Source of the DNA: Paraspadella gotoi
Lineage: Eukaryota; Animalia; Chaetognatha
Direction: 5' to 3'
DNA length: 64,000 nucleotides
Assembly: GCA_051294375.1 (NCBI GenBank)
Contig: JBJCIZ010001662.1
Span: 1-64,000 of the forward strand
Shown: positions 38,151 through 51,939 of the stretch, in pieces
How positions within the stretch are numbered: position 1 is the stretch's first letter
Layout: the number at the start of each line of letters is the position of its first letter
Translations under genes and position numbers: made by a program
Notes under the pieces: generated by a model
Databases searched by the model: none
What the model was told of the DNA's origin: nothing
The model's input: only the letters and a program-made list of their open reading frames with translations

Positions 38151-41100
38151 AGGTCGCAGCGCACTTTAATTCGAAGCCATGGCTCGCGACCAGAAGCTCG
38201 TAACAAAGAATATCTAATTTATAATATATTTATATATATGACACAATGTGATGGACGAAAGACGGTCTCGTGCTGATTTTGTCCCTTTAAAATTGTTTCG
38301 GAGCCAAATTAATTGATCATTATTTTTGGTAATATGTGCGATATACATACTGGACATTACTGTATCTGATCATAACCCTTGACCATCAACAAAAAAGCTA
38401 ACTAGATCAAAAATAGTAAAAAAGATGAAGCAATATAGCTTGAAACGCTTACAAAATTTTAGACCATTGCTTTTATAAATGCAAAAAAATATTAATATTA
38501 TTAAAACAAAACTTTAACGATAACCTAATAGTTAACCGAGACCAAGATGAATATTTTTTACCCATCATTTCCTCAATTTATATGGAATCATTTGTTTGTA
38601 ATTAGTCAATTAATCTAAATAACAATATGACAAATTCATTTTCAATTTTCTTTATGAATGGAAGTTTTCTCTGCTTACTCCCTTGTGTCTAATTATTTAA
38701 TATTTTAAAAGATATTTTCAAAAACCTTATATAATTGCTCTATTTTTTACTTTTTTTCAATTCTTTCAAACCAAAACAACATCATAAAAACATTTTAAAT
38801 TTAATAAAAAATTGATTGAATGATTTTGGAAAAAAATATTTTGAAACTTGAGATAATGGAGTTATGATGAGTCAGGAAAAAAATTTTGCATTCTAAAAAA
38901 ATAGCCCTCTAGCCTTTCAATTTTTCTAGAGCTGATTTTTTATTTTTTTGATATTTTGATTTCTAGTGCAAAACCATTATTCTCAATGAGCATAGGTCGG
39001 ACGAAATTTTTTTCCAACAATTTGAAAAAATTTCAACTTTTTTAATTAGGCTTTTTGGGGGAAATAAATAAATAAATTATTATACGATGGGTAATCTGAA
39101 AGTGATTGTCTCTAAATGACAAAAAAAATTTCTTCAAGTTTTATTTTGAAATTAAGTATGTACCAATAAATAAGTGAGATACTCTCGCTTTGCCAGAATT
39201 TTTATTTAACAAAGATTTGTACTGCGTAATTTAAAAAAATTATTTTTTTAAATAAACTTTTGAAAGAAAAGAGGTAGCAAGGTGGATGTGTGATCAAATT
39301 AAAGCCCTAATCATAGGACAACTTTCTAAAAGAGTTTTATTAATTAAATCCATAAATCTTTATACAAGCTTTTGTTTAAATCAGAGTTAAAAGTATAACA
39401 GTTTTTTGCTTTAAAATTTTAATGAAGGCATATAAATTTTGTTTTTTCTTTTGTAATTTTGAAAAAGGAAAGACTGAATTAACATTTGTTTATTATTAAT
39501 TTTTTTTATTCCAATAAAATGCTTATATTTTTCAGTTAAAGTAAAAAACAAGCAAAAATTTATGTTGTAGCTTGATAAATGTATTTTTAATATTAAAAAT
39601 GATAAATACAAAATGTTTTCAGCTTGATAAAAACAGTCTGGACATCTACCTTCTTGTCTGTGAAAAAAAAATCGTCATTTTTCATTATCTTTAACTGCAA
39701 ACTAAAAGCTTGACAACTGCTTGTTTATCATAAATAAAGTTGTAAAAAAATATATAGCTGGTAAACATATTTGACAAAGAAAACATCATTGAGTTAAATT
39801 GTATTGAATAATTTTTTTTTAAAATATAGCAAAGGAATTTAATTCTATATTTTATCATGCCTATTTAATTAAGAAAAAATATTTCTCGTAATAGCCCATT
39901 AGAAAGGTTTCATTGACTGAGCTTATGATAAAAATTATTTAGATTTTCTTTACCTAGCCCCTATTATTCACAAGATAATAAAAGGTCATGTTATCATGTC
40001 AAATAGTCCAATTATCTGTACCCTTTCTGGCAACCTGCATTCCAATTTCTTTTTTTCCCTTTCAAATGTATTAAATAAAAAAATTATTTGAGAGAAACAA
40101 TTGGTGTGGAGGTTGCCATTGGTAAGCCTTAGTTACCCCACTTCCCGATCAAAATTTTAATGATGAGGTTTTTTTTTCCATCTATTTGAGAATAACTCTA
40201 ACTATTAGTACTATTATTTTTTCTATTAGAGATCTATGAATAAATATGAATAAGTAACTTTTCACCTATATTAGTGTATCAAAGATGGATTCGGATTTTT
40301 AAAAAACGTTTACACAAGTGATCACACACCTAATATACTTTAATTTAAAACACCTTTTATTCGATTTGAAATTCTCAACATGAGAGATCCCGCGGTCGAT
40401 TTTATCTGGCCCTAAATTATGCAATATTAGCTTAAGAGGAAAGGTCATTCAGCATAACAATATGTAATCATTGATGTATTAGAGCTAATATATCGAGAAA
40501 TACATTATAAATCTCAAGTATACACAAAAAAAATAAGTTTTTATTTATATGTAAACATTCGTTTTTATTCATTTTTTTTTAAATGGGTACATAACAAAAT
40601 TTTAAGTTAAATGGTAAGCACATTTTTTAAAGATTTGTTTTTCAAATCTGTTTGTTAAAATATTCTAGTAGAAGTTAAAAACACGGTGTGGGTTAGTTTA
40701 GAAGGGGGAATTAAAACAATTAAATACTCGTTACTCTGTTGGTTTTTCCAAGTCAGTGAACAAAATCTTCAGTTAAATAGATGGTAAAGAAATTCAAGCT
40801 ACATAGGAATATACACTGAATTTGAAGAGTTGCAGCCTAAACGACTGCAATAATATTGATTAAAAAAATTTGATTAAGCAATCTTAAAAACATTTGTAAA
40901 ATTGTAATAGAGAGACATTTTGATAAACGCGTTCCATGTTAGAAAGAATTCAGGGTTAAAGTTTAAAAACGTTTCATTTTCAAGGATACAAGTTGAAATT
41001 TAAAATGTCTCTCTATTATTTTTCTAAATTCAGTAATAGAAATTCATAAAAATATCAGATGGATTGACCTTGTTTCGTTTTGACCCTGCAACTCTTTCAG

Positions 41101-43349
41101 ATAGGTTTTCTTTTATTTTATATTATAATTAAACCAATATAAAATGGGGTAGAATGCATCAAATGTTTAAAGTGAATACATTTTCGGAATGCCAGGAGCT
41201 CAGCTTTACTCGCATTTTAGCTCTATTTTGAAGTTGAATTGAATGACCCTTTTTCTTAAGATTCGAAGTTGTCAGAATAACGATGAGTCTCCTTTTATTC
41301 GCGTAATTTTAAAAACGTTTCTCATATTGGTTAATATTATAAAATTTAAATATTAAAGTTTTTAGAATATATGTATTATATAATATAAAATAAGTTATAG
41401 GATTTACTAATAATAAATCTGTATATAATAAATTAATTAGTTAGAATATATGTTTAAAATATAAGTTTATGGATTCTTATATCATAGATAAATACTTTAA
41501 ACGAGAAGCTCGAAATGCTTTTTCCTATGACAAATGAGGAATTCGATACAGGATTTTTGCCCAATAAAAATTACATAAAATTAACTTATTTTTCTTGCTT
41601 AAAATCCTTATTACATTAATATTATTAACTTTTATAAATTGAATAATTTCGATTCGTTTATTTTTACCGTTATATCAGTGCTTTTAATAAATAGGGTAAA
41701 TCTCCGAGAAAAACATGGATAATAACGATAACTAAATAACCAATTAAAAGTAAAAATTTGAAGAGGAATAAAAAGATAATATGAATATTATGAATAATAA
41801 TTAAATATATTATACAATAGATAATATCATATATTATAATGTGATTTATAATTATATATAAAATTATTTTTTTTTCTTTTAAAAACTAGGAAAATTTTAC
41901 ATTTTTAGAGCAAAGCTTGGAAAGCAGGGCAATTTTAGTGATTAGTCTAATCTTATCTCCATGTACTCATAATAAATCAGACTTTTACATTATAATCTGA
42001 TAATCATAATAATTGAAAAATATTTTTCTCTTCAACTAAACAAAAATTTTAAAAAGTCTAAAATTAAAAGCTAAAAACTGAAAGTTAAAAGTCAATTCAT
42101 TTCGATAAATTCCTAGTATATCAATATAGATTAAGTGAAAAGGATCCATTCAGTATCAGAATCAATGATTTAAGTTTATTATTATGTTTGAATGATCGGT
42201 AAGAAAATTAAATACCTGTTAAATACTGTCTAATAAACATTACTAAATTAAAATAGTAAATATTTTGTAACTATTATAAATAAAAGTAGTTTCATTCAAA
42301 GCAAACAGAGAACACTTGAGAAGGAAACTTAACTTCCAAGATTTTAAAGAATTGCTTTTGTTTTATAAGTTTTTTAAATCAAAACTCGTATATGTAGATA
42401 GTCCAAACATGTCAATTAATTATAAAATTAATCAAAGCTTGTCTGTAAACCTTGACAGATGGCTTTATTAATTCTTCAATCAACAATATTGAAAAAGTCA
42501 GTAAACAAATTTTGATTAAAAACTCAAAAACAATATGATAATATTTTAATTGTTAACAACAACGATGAAAGCTATGAATTAGTCCGAAAATATGCATTTT
42601 TATGTAAAAAAATTATGTCCTTATTGTTAACCATTAAAAAGTTATTATTTCGTCTCTAAATCAGACAACAAAATAGACGAAATAATACATTGACTAAAAA
42701 CTCAAAAAAACATCCGAGATAATTTTTTATAATTGAAAAAAAAGGTTGCCTATGGATGCGCAAACCCTCATACATCCTGAATTATTAGCCTATTAATAGT
42801 TATCAACGACCAAACCAGCCCGAGCGCGAGTCTCGTCAGCCACGCATTCACCTTCCTCTTCCTCCTCCTAGCACCCAGGGCTCGAGGCTCACCCAGTTTT
42901 CACTTCCTCGTTTCTCCTCTCTCTCTTCTACTTCCTCCTCTCCGCTCCTTCTGATTTTTCCCTCCAGTTTTTGTACACCTTTTTTGCCTTTTTTAGTAGT
43001 ATATACACGTTTTCCTACATTTTGCCTTCTTCCTTTACGACTTCGTTAGTTAGACCCAGATTACCACCATCCCAGATAGAGTGGCGCCCAATGTGTTACT
43101 CTTACATAACCACTAATGAAATCCCCAAACATTTTCCACTCACCCCTGAGCTGCTAACCGGGACTTAACCAAAATGAGAATCTCACCTATTTCCCTATTT
43201 CCTCTCTAACCATCACAATAACAAACCTCACCCATTTCCCTCTTTCCTCTCTGACCCGCTCTCTGAACATCCTATTTAAACGCTTTCTCTGAGGTTATAA
43301 AAATGAAACTATAGTACATAGGAAAAAGGCTTTTATAATTGTAATATAA

Positions 43350-44004
43350 TGAAAGAGACAGTAATATTGTTATATGTTAGTGACAGAACCGTTCAATATA
43401 AGCAGTCCCTGAGCTTGCGATCAGGCTGTAACACATGTTACAGGCGGGTTAAGCGGCCCCGTCCCTCTTAACTGCCAGACGACCACCGGCTAGAACCCCG
43501 GACCTTTGGGTTGGGAGGCGAATGACTTGCTCCGGCACCAATGGCCGCTGATGAAACGGTTGGTGGATTTTAGTCCACCATACATCCCCCCTCCCGCCGT
43601 AGGGAGAAAGTCTGTTGCGTCTCTTCAGTGAATTGTTGTTGGTGGAAAGTTCGTCACCAAGTGGCATGTTGCCTGAATGTGTTGTGGCGGAAAGTGCATC
43701 GCCAGGTTGAGGCATGTCGCCTGAAAGTGTTGTTGTTGTGTTGTGTTCGGAAGTCGGGCTCACCAATGAAGAGACAGTAATTATTGTTATATGTTATAGT
43801 GACAGAACCGTTAATATAAGCAGTCCCTGAGCTTCGGATCAGGCTGTAACACCATGTTACAGGCGGGTTAAGCGCCCCGTCCCTCTTTAACTGCCAGACG
43901 ACCACCGGGCTAGAACCCCGGACCTTTGGGTTGGGAGGACGAATGACTTGCCTCCGGCACGCAATGGCCGCTGATGAACGGTTGGTGGATTTTAGTCCAC
44001 CATA
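43350..44004 (-). mobile_element. Full TRIM with tRNA-containing LTRs
   Basis: LTRs at 43350-43582 and 43767-44004. Minus-strand PBS TGGTGAGCCCGAC, PPT GGGAGGGGGATG, ATAA/ATAA TSD. Confidence 0.9.
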
Positions 44005-46519
44005 ATAATAATAGTTTAAGAAGAAGGGGATAAAATTGTAATCAAATCATATCCGTTTAAAGCATTTATGTTTATGTATAAACTTTGTCATTGTTAAAAA
44101 AATAATAATTTATCTTTTCATAAATATTAATATTATATTTATTATTATTTATCATTTGACTATATAAGATCGGATTTTATATTAATTTTTCTTCAAAAAT
44201 AAGTTCAGACTGAATTTCAGTAAAGCAAAACAAAAAATAGCGATTAATTTCTAAACTGTTTTCCTATAAAAACAGAAAAAAACTATTAAAAATTACAACC
44301 TGCAGCTACTAAAAACTAATAAAATTATTAAGAATTATGAAATTATTAATAAAACATAGAAAATATCATTAATAAGACCTTGTTATTAAAAAAAACTAAA
44401 CTCATTGTCAGATTTCACAGGCAAAGATGCTCTTTTTATGAAAAATTCGCAAATATCCGCCAGGTTCGCTAGTATTTTTTGTTCTTTTTGACCGGCTTGA
44501 CCGGTCTTTAACATTAAAAAAGATCGAAATGACGTATTCGATCTCGGGATCTCTCATGTTCGATGCATTAAAGTTAAATATTTTTATACGAAAATTATTT
44601 ATTTATTCGTCTGATTAAGTGTGCGAACGTTTTAATGAAACTCGATGTCTGTATATTTCCAACTTTTGGGACTACCTATATTCAGTCATATCTGAAAAAC
44701 AAAAAAAGATTTTGCATTGATATTTTGGATATCAACATATGAAACTATAACGTTTCAAAAAATAAAAAGAAATATAATAATATTGAACAGTGAATTTTTT
44801 TTATGCACGGAACAGTAACGTTACGCCATTTTTCATTGTGTCATATATATATATTATATTGTAACACAATTAAAAACTTTGTTTTTTCTCTAAATATATA
44901 TATTTATAATATATATATTTTTATATTGGTTGTACCAATTTCATATACATATATATATAAAAGATATATATATATATATAAGATTCTGGCGACTCGAGTT
45001 GACCTCAGTCAACCAGATGACCTTCGTCACAAAGAGACTGTGAACCCTCAGTCGTCGTCGTCGTCGGCTGACTACTTCTTCTTACATTGTAAAGTTTCTC
45101 TCTCTTTTCGAATTCCAAGCCAAGAACTAAAAACTACGTTTTTATCTTTTTAATCGACGTTCAAATGAATTGCTATTAACTACATTTTACCCACGTTAAA
45201 TCTTCTTCAAGTATATCGTCTTTTATTATTGTTTTGAACAATTGTAATAGGTTGATGAAACGTGGAACTCTTTTTGCCTTGTTACTGACTGTTTAAATAG
45301 TTATTATAAAATTAATTAAATTTAATCAACGACTTAATTCTTTGTGACGGGGGTCAACAAAAGATATAATTTAAAAAAGCCGCGGTTGCTCGTCGCAAGG
45401 CCATGGCTTTCGGATTTTGATTCGCAGTAGAGTCAATTATGCGCGTTTGGGTCCAATATAAAATGTAAAACGTAGCTAAAGCCCTTTGATTTCTTCGGAT
45501 TTATTTGAACGTTTAGAAAATTGATCCCGCGCTCCCCAAAAAATTGAAAGTAGACACCCTGGGCTCTCTTCCGGTGTATTCAAAATACTTTTTTTGATTG
45601 CTTGAGGTCGGAATTAACGGTTAAAAAAGTTGTTTATTTGATTACCTAAACAAGCAATCAAGCTTGGATTTTTTTTTTCATTTTTTTAGTCAGGTGCTTG
45701 GAGGAGACCAAATGCCTTCTATATATAAAGTCAAAGTGTTCTTTTGTTGAGTACAATTGAAGCACGAGCTGGTCTACGGAGAGGAAGATTTGAAGGGGTA
45801 GAACCAATCTATTTCAAATGCATTTTAATACATGAAAATGTTGAAATTAAGCTCGCGCTCCCCATTCATGTCCTTCCCAAGAACCTACGATTTCCGAATA
45901 TACCCATATTGCCTCACTTTATTAAGGGCGTGACCTCGGAATTTTGAAAAATATCGATTTCTAGAGAAAACTTGATCCCCCCATCGTGCGAAACGACTGG
46001 CACCCCCACTTAATTTTAATACAAATGAAAATAAAATCTTTTACAAGCTAAGATTGGAAAAAATTGTAACAATTTCCAATTGTAAACAATTGTAACATTT
46101 TTTTTCCTTTTATTTCTTTAAATTATATATGTATTTTTCTTCCTATTTTTGTCAGTTGCTGCCTCTTCTGAACCCTTTAAAAACGAGTTCAGGCTCTGCA
46201 GTTATTGTACAACTGCCTTCCAGCGGCTGTCCAGCTTTCTCTCTTTCTCTGTCTGTCTCTCTCTGTCTTTCTCTTTCTGTCTCTCTGTCTCTCTCCCTCT
46301 CTCTGTACAATCTCTTGTGTGATGGTTTTTTGAAAAAATTTTGATTATTTTTTTCCTTTTAAAAACTTTTATTATCGCCATTTATTCTGCGCTTTTTTCT
46401 CAATGCAAAATCCCAAATTTACATACGAGATTTTCGTGGATTTATTCTCTTTCTCTCTTTCTTTCTCTCTCTCTCTCTCTTTCACTCATACACGCATTTG
46501 TTTGTTTTATTTATGATGA

Positions 46520-46796
46520 ATGATTCATTGCGTCAATGAATGACTATCATCGCATCAATGAATGACTATCATCGTATCAATGAATGATTATCATCACATC
46601 AATGAATGACTATCATCCCATCAATCATTTGGTTATTATCACATCAATCATTTGGTTATCATCACATCGATCATTTGGTTATCATCGCATCATTTATTGG
46701 TTATCATCGCATCAATATTTGATTATCATCGCATCAATCATTTGGTTATCATCGCATCAATCCTTTGGTTATCATCGCATCAATATTTGGTTATGA
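46520..46796. repeat. ~23-bp minisatellite
   Basis: About 12 copies of ATCATCGCATCAAT(GAATGACT or CATTTGGTT), with two variants in succession. Confidence 0.9.
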
Positions 46797-47219
46797 TTGA
46801 AGGTAAGCAAGATCCTATTCTTTTAAGATTTTTTGACATATGAATTAAGATTCATCCCTGAATGTATCCTTATGGAGATAAAGCAATAACCAATTGACAT
46901 GAGACTGAGAAAAGGCAGGCATTTTTAATAGTAATGGTTAAAATCAAAAAGTAATAAAAAGAACCGGAAATGAGTATCAATAAAAAGTATAGATATAAAA
47001 AAGATAAAAATGAAGGAAGTATTTTTTTGGACAACGTATTTTCTTTTACATGGAACTCCTGTATTTTTTGCCATACATAAATGAGACACTGCTTATATGA
47101 ATCACAAAAGGCCAAAGTTTTTTATATCTAAATTTTATTTTTCGATTCTTACATTAACAAATGCCCAAACAAATAACTGAAAAAGTAACCGCGACACTTT
47201 TTTCCCTCATGGTTAGTGT

Positions 47220-48155
47220 ATGGTGGAATGGCATTATAAATTCACAGCCACAGTGGAACAACGGGACGGCAGCCCTGTCTCGCAACTGAACATTGGCCAG
47301 CAATCCGATGTCAAAGTCGTTCAGGCGAAAACTATCTTGAATCGCAGGCTGGTGTGGGCGTCCGCCAGGAGTTGCTGGATCTCCTTGTTAGAACTCTGGT
47401 CACCGGCTCAAGCGGCAAAATCGACGCCTTGGGGGCCAACTGCGTTGACCGTTGCGACCAAAGAGGGCATTTCTGAAGGTTCTGATGAAAGTGATGATCC
47501 TTCAGGTTCTGGGCCACTGCTTGCTGGGCTGATGAATCTTGATAGTGTGTCCGCTACCACGTTGGCCTTGCCCTTGATGTATCGGATGTCTGTTGTATAT
47601 TCGGAGATGGCAGATAATTGATATGTTTGACGCATTTAGTGTGGCTCTGATTTCTTGCGAATGGTTTGAACTAGGCTGTTCTGGTCAGAGAACAGAACAA
47701 AATTGTGCCCTTCCAGGAAGGGCCTGAAGTGCCGGACTGAGCGGTGTCCGGCTCAAGCGGCAAAATCGACGCCTTGGGGGCCAACTGCGTGACCGTTGCG
47801 ACCAAGAGGGCATTCTGAAGGTTCTGATGAAATGTGATGATCCTTCAGGTTCTGGCCACTGCTTGCTGGGCTGATGAATCTTGATAGTGTGTCCGCTACC
47901 ACGTTGGCCTTGCCCTTGATGTATCGGATGTCTGTTGTATATTCGGAGATGGCAGATAATTGATATGTTTGACGCATTTAGTGTGCTCTGCATTTCTTGC
48001 CAATGGTTTGAACTAGGCATGTTTCTGGTCAGAGAACAGAACAAAATTGTGCCCTTCCAGGAAGGGCCTGAGTGCCGGACTGACGCGTGGCGGCAAGGAA
48101 TTCACCCGGTCAAAAGGTTGGCCAATTTTGTCTGGTTCTGAGCTAGCGGGCTGAG
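47220..48155 (-). mobile_element. Gypsy pol fragment (RNase H C-terminal half and linker) with ~345-bp internal tandem duplication
   Basis: ..WPTF.., AVRHFRPFLEG.., RQTYQLSAISEYTTDIRYIKGKANVVADTLSR present twice (47408..47635 and 47753..47977). Confidence 0.9.
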
Positions 48156-51100
48156 AAACAAGTTTGAGCAAACAATGTCGGATCTGCCTACGAAAATTAA
48201 TTAATTAATCGATTAATTAATTTTAATATTTAATAATTAATATAAATTTATATACAGCTTATCATCATCGATGTCCTTAAAAATAAAGTAAATGTGACTT
48301 ATATTTTTCCATTTAAACTCATTCCACTGGCACAATTCCGTCAAAACTTTATATCTCGCTTCTCACAAACTTTCCTTCCCGCTCACAAAATTTCATCTCA
48401 ATCTATTATGGGTTAAAATAAGTAAAGAGTCAAGTAAATGTGACTCATATTTTTTTCATTTAAACTCATTTCCACTCGTACCAAACTTTATATCAAGCTT
48501 CGTCACACATTTTCCTACCCACACACAAAATTTGAACTCAATCTAACCATCCAATTATGATTAATTAGAGTATTTTATGGTTAAAATAAGTAAAAAGATT
48601 TTAGAATGCAACTTATGTTTTTTTCCATTTAAACTCATATCACTCACACGATTCCGTCGAAACTTTATATCCAGCTTCATCACACATGTTCCTACCAATA
48701 CACAAAATTTCATTCCGATCCAACCAGCCAATCACGAGTTATTGGGCTTTTTGCTAAGGTGGGACGGATGGACGGATTGATTGACTGATTAATTAGTGAT
48801 TAATTAATTGACTAATTGATTAATTAACTGATTAATTATTTGATTTATAATACATCCTGCATATACATTAGACACATTTTTTTCCGCTGAAAAATTGTCA
48901 TAGAGTTATGAAAAAGGTGTCATTCTTTTCGTATTTTAGAGCTATAAAAAATAAATGTATTTTCGTACATTTTTTTTATATCTCGCCTTTCCAGAAGCGT
49001 TAAAGTGCCACGGGCGTCAAAATAATTGATTTTCAGCAATTTCATGGTTTTTCAGAAAATATTTTAGATAATTATAAAAATAATGATAAAATTTGTATTA
49101 TCTGTTTTACTCTGTTATCTGAAATATTTAATCATAAATTAATAAACTCAAACGTTATTGGAATTTTTAGAAATATATTAAAACCGGAAGTTAATTTATT
49201 TTGCCATGAACTTTTTCTTAAAAGCGAAAAGTTAAGATCACAGATTTCAATACTTTTAATTGCTTCAGAAAACTGGCAAAGACCAAGTTTTAAAAAGTAG
49301 AATAATAATGGATTTCATAACAAAAGTTTTATGGCGACAAAAAAATCATAAAAAAGGACCATAGCTGAGAATGTGTGACATCAAAATTCTTGTACAAATC
49401 TCGTTCATCCTGCTCTGTCGAGAGAGAGATCTTCACGTAAATCAAGGATTCGCTTCGTTTCTCCGAGTTTCCATAATTTTGTCAGCTGGACAACGACAGT
49501 ATGAGCCGTAATTTTCTTATTTCAATCGTTTGTTGACTAGAAAGAAGCGCTGAAAAACTTTTCTGACTTTTGAAGGTTCAGACGACGAAGTCTGAAATGT
49601 TTCCAGCCGTTTTGTAATACCAAACTCTGCATATAACGGCACAAGGGTTTGTATTGTTGTATTTACAATGAAACCCGCCTCTAGAAAAAAATCGCCCTTT
49701 GTAGTAAAAACCAAAATTATTTGAGTTGCCTCAACTTTCTGGCTGACTTTCAAGATGGCAACGATCGTGTTTTCAAATGTTTATTACAAATTCGAGGTTA
49801 AAACAGTTCATAATTAATCTATAATTAAGTCCATAAATTCATAAAAAGGCCAGTAAATTATAAACAAACTGCCAGTCTTAAAACCGTACAACATCGGATG
49901 CAACTCCCCTGACTAAGGTACATTTAAAATATAATCAGGATATTTGCCGAGTTCACGTTTCTTCTTCGTCTTCATCATCGTCGTCGCGTTCTTTTTCTCG
50001 AGAAACCAGGCAAAGTGAAACGCCGATATCAAATCCATGGCCGTCAGACGTCAAGCCCGTTTTCTCCCTCAACGGTCACGCCCACACGCAGCCACAATTT
50101 ATATATCTAAATTTTATATTGATTTGGTTTTGATTTGGACTTGGAAATTAGTTTTAAAAATGAAATACAATTGTTAACCATTTTTTTTCTTTGCCCATAG
50201 CCAAGTTAAATCATAACCATCAATATGAAATTTGGATATTTAAATGATTTTGGTTTTTAAAAGAAAAAAAATATTTCTGATTAAAAATCTTGACTGGTTT
50301 ACAAATGACAATTTATTTTTAGCGGCGGGTTTCAGTGTGTGTCATCTGTTTAAAAAAAAAACCATTAAAAAATTGAATGGATAATTTTTATATTGGTTGT
50401 ACCAATTTCATATATATATTTTAATTAAATAAAAATTACAATATTGACTAGCTTCTTTTGTTTTTTTTTTGTTCAAACTTCTTAAGTTTAATTTTTTATC
50501 AAAATAAAAACGGTTTTTCAGAGTCACTTCCGGTCTGCGGAATTATTTCCGGTTTAATGATACTGATTTAAAGCAAATATAAATCTTAGAAAGATTTTTT
50601 TATTGGAATAAATCCTAATAAATCATAAAATATCATTTAAAATGATTCAAATTGGCTATTATCACAAGAAAATATAGAAATTGTCAAAAATCTATAAATT
50701 TGACGCTCGTGGCACTTTGACGCCCCTGGGAGAAGGCGAAGATGTTTTGAAAAAGTCTTTGCAAGTTTTTTTTTCTTAAAGNNNNNNNNNNNNNNNNNNN
50801 NNNNNNNNNNNNNNNNNNNNNNNNNNNNNNNNNNNNNNNNNNNNNNNNNNNNNNNNNNNNNNNNNNNNNNNNNNNNNNNNNNNNNNNNNNNNNNNNNNNN
50901 NNNNNNNNNNNNNNNNNNNNNNNNNNNNNNNNNNNNNNNNNNNNNNNNNNNNNNNNNNNNNNNNNNNNNNNNNNNNNNNNNNNNNNNNNNNNNNNNNNNN
51001 NNNNNNNNNNNNNNNNNNNNNNNNNNNNNNNNNNNNNNNNNNNNNNNNNNNNNNNNNNNNNNNNNNNNNNNNNNNNNNNNNNNNNNNNNNNNNNNNNNNN

Positions 51101-51714
51101 NNNNNNNNNNNNNNNNNNNNNNNNNNNNNNNAACGTTTAAATACAAACAGAATGACACCTTTTTGAAGACTATGACCATTTTCCGCGGAAAAAAATGTGT
51201 CTAATATACATTTAATATAAAAGGGGAAAAAAATCATAATCAATTAATGAAACAGGTTTTTTTGTTTTTTTTCCATTTAAACTCATTTCCACTTAAAACG
51301 ATTCCATCGAAACTTGGTTTCCTGTTCAATCACACACCTTCCTACTCACATACAAAATTCCAGGTCAATCGCCCCATCCACTCATGAGCAATTGGTGTTC
51401 AAATAGTGAATTATATATTTTTTTTTTCATTTAAACTTATTTCCACTCGGACGATTCCATCGAAACTTTATATCAAGCTCAATCACACACTTCCCTACCC
51501 ACACACACAAATTTCATTCAAATCCATCCATCCAATCAAGAGTAATTGGTGTTTTTTGCTAAGGTGGGACGGACAGACGAACATTTTTTTTGCATAATTT
51601 ATCATAATTTGATGTTTTGACATGATATAAGTTAGTGCCCGACAATATTGAGGGGCGACGACGGCGACCGACAAAGTGAATTATAGAGTTGGGATCTGCT
51701 GATCCGACTAAAAA
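48156..51714 (-). mobile_element. Family A DINE-1/Helentron-like element (spans an N gap, with internal inserts) splitting the Gypsy RNase H
   Basis: AAACAAGTTTGAGCAAACAATGTCGGATCTGCC at 48156 and GGATCTGCTGATCCGACTAAAAA at ~51692-51714. The flanks rejoin as WQPLGF|FSAR. Confidence 0.75.
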
Positions 51715-51935
51715 CCTAAGGGTTGCCATTGGCATTGACCACCAATCTTCTGCTCCAGGATGCCGCCGATGGTCGTCAGTGACGCATCGACGGTCAGGGC
51801 CAGAGGTGCCCCGTCCACAGGGTGGACAAGCATAGTTGCATTTTCTAGAGCTTCTATCGACTTGAAGGCTTGAGTCATCTCCTCGTTCCATTTGAGGACT
51901 CGGGTATTGCCTTTTAAGGCTTGGTACAATGGTAA
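51715..51935 (-). mobile_element. Gypsy pol fragment (RT connection and RNase H N-terminus)
   Basis: LYQALKG...LKWNEEMTQAF....ALENATMLVHP..GAPLALTVDAS..IGGILEQ....WQPLGF. Confidence 0.9.
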
Positions 51936-51939
51936 GTTG

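Larger units (their letters stand above)
28360..44449. repeat. ~6.8-kb direct duplication
   Basis: ~28360-35213 is repeated as ~37680-44449, including the Kolobok-like element and the TRIM. The copies differ mostly by small indels. Confidence 0.9.

Noticed and set aside
44980-45960. Candidate EMC4 or other exons at ~44985-45090 and ~45690-45950
   Set aside because: The translations show no EMC4 motifs and no other family I recognise.
50637-51243. Long ORFs of 155-180 aa
   Set aside because: They are open only because they run through the N gap.
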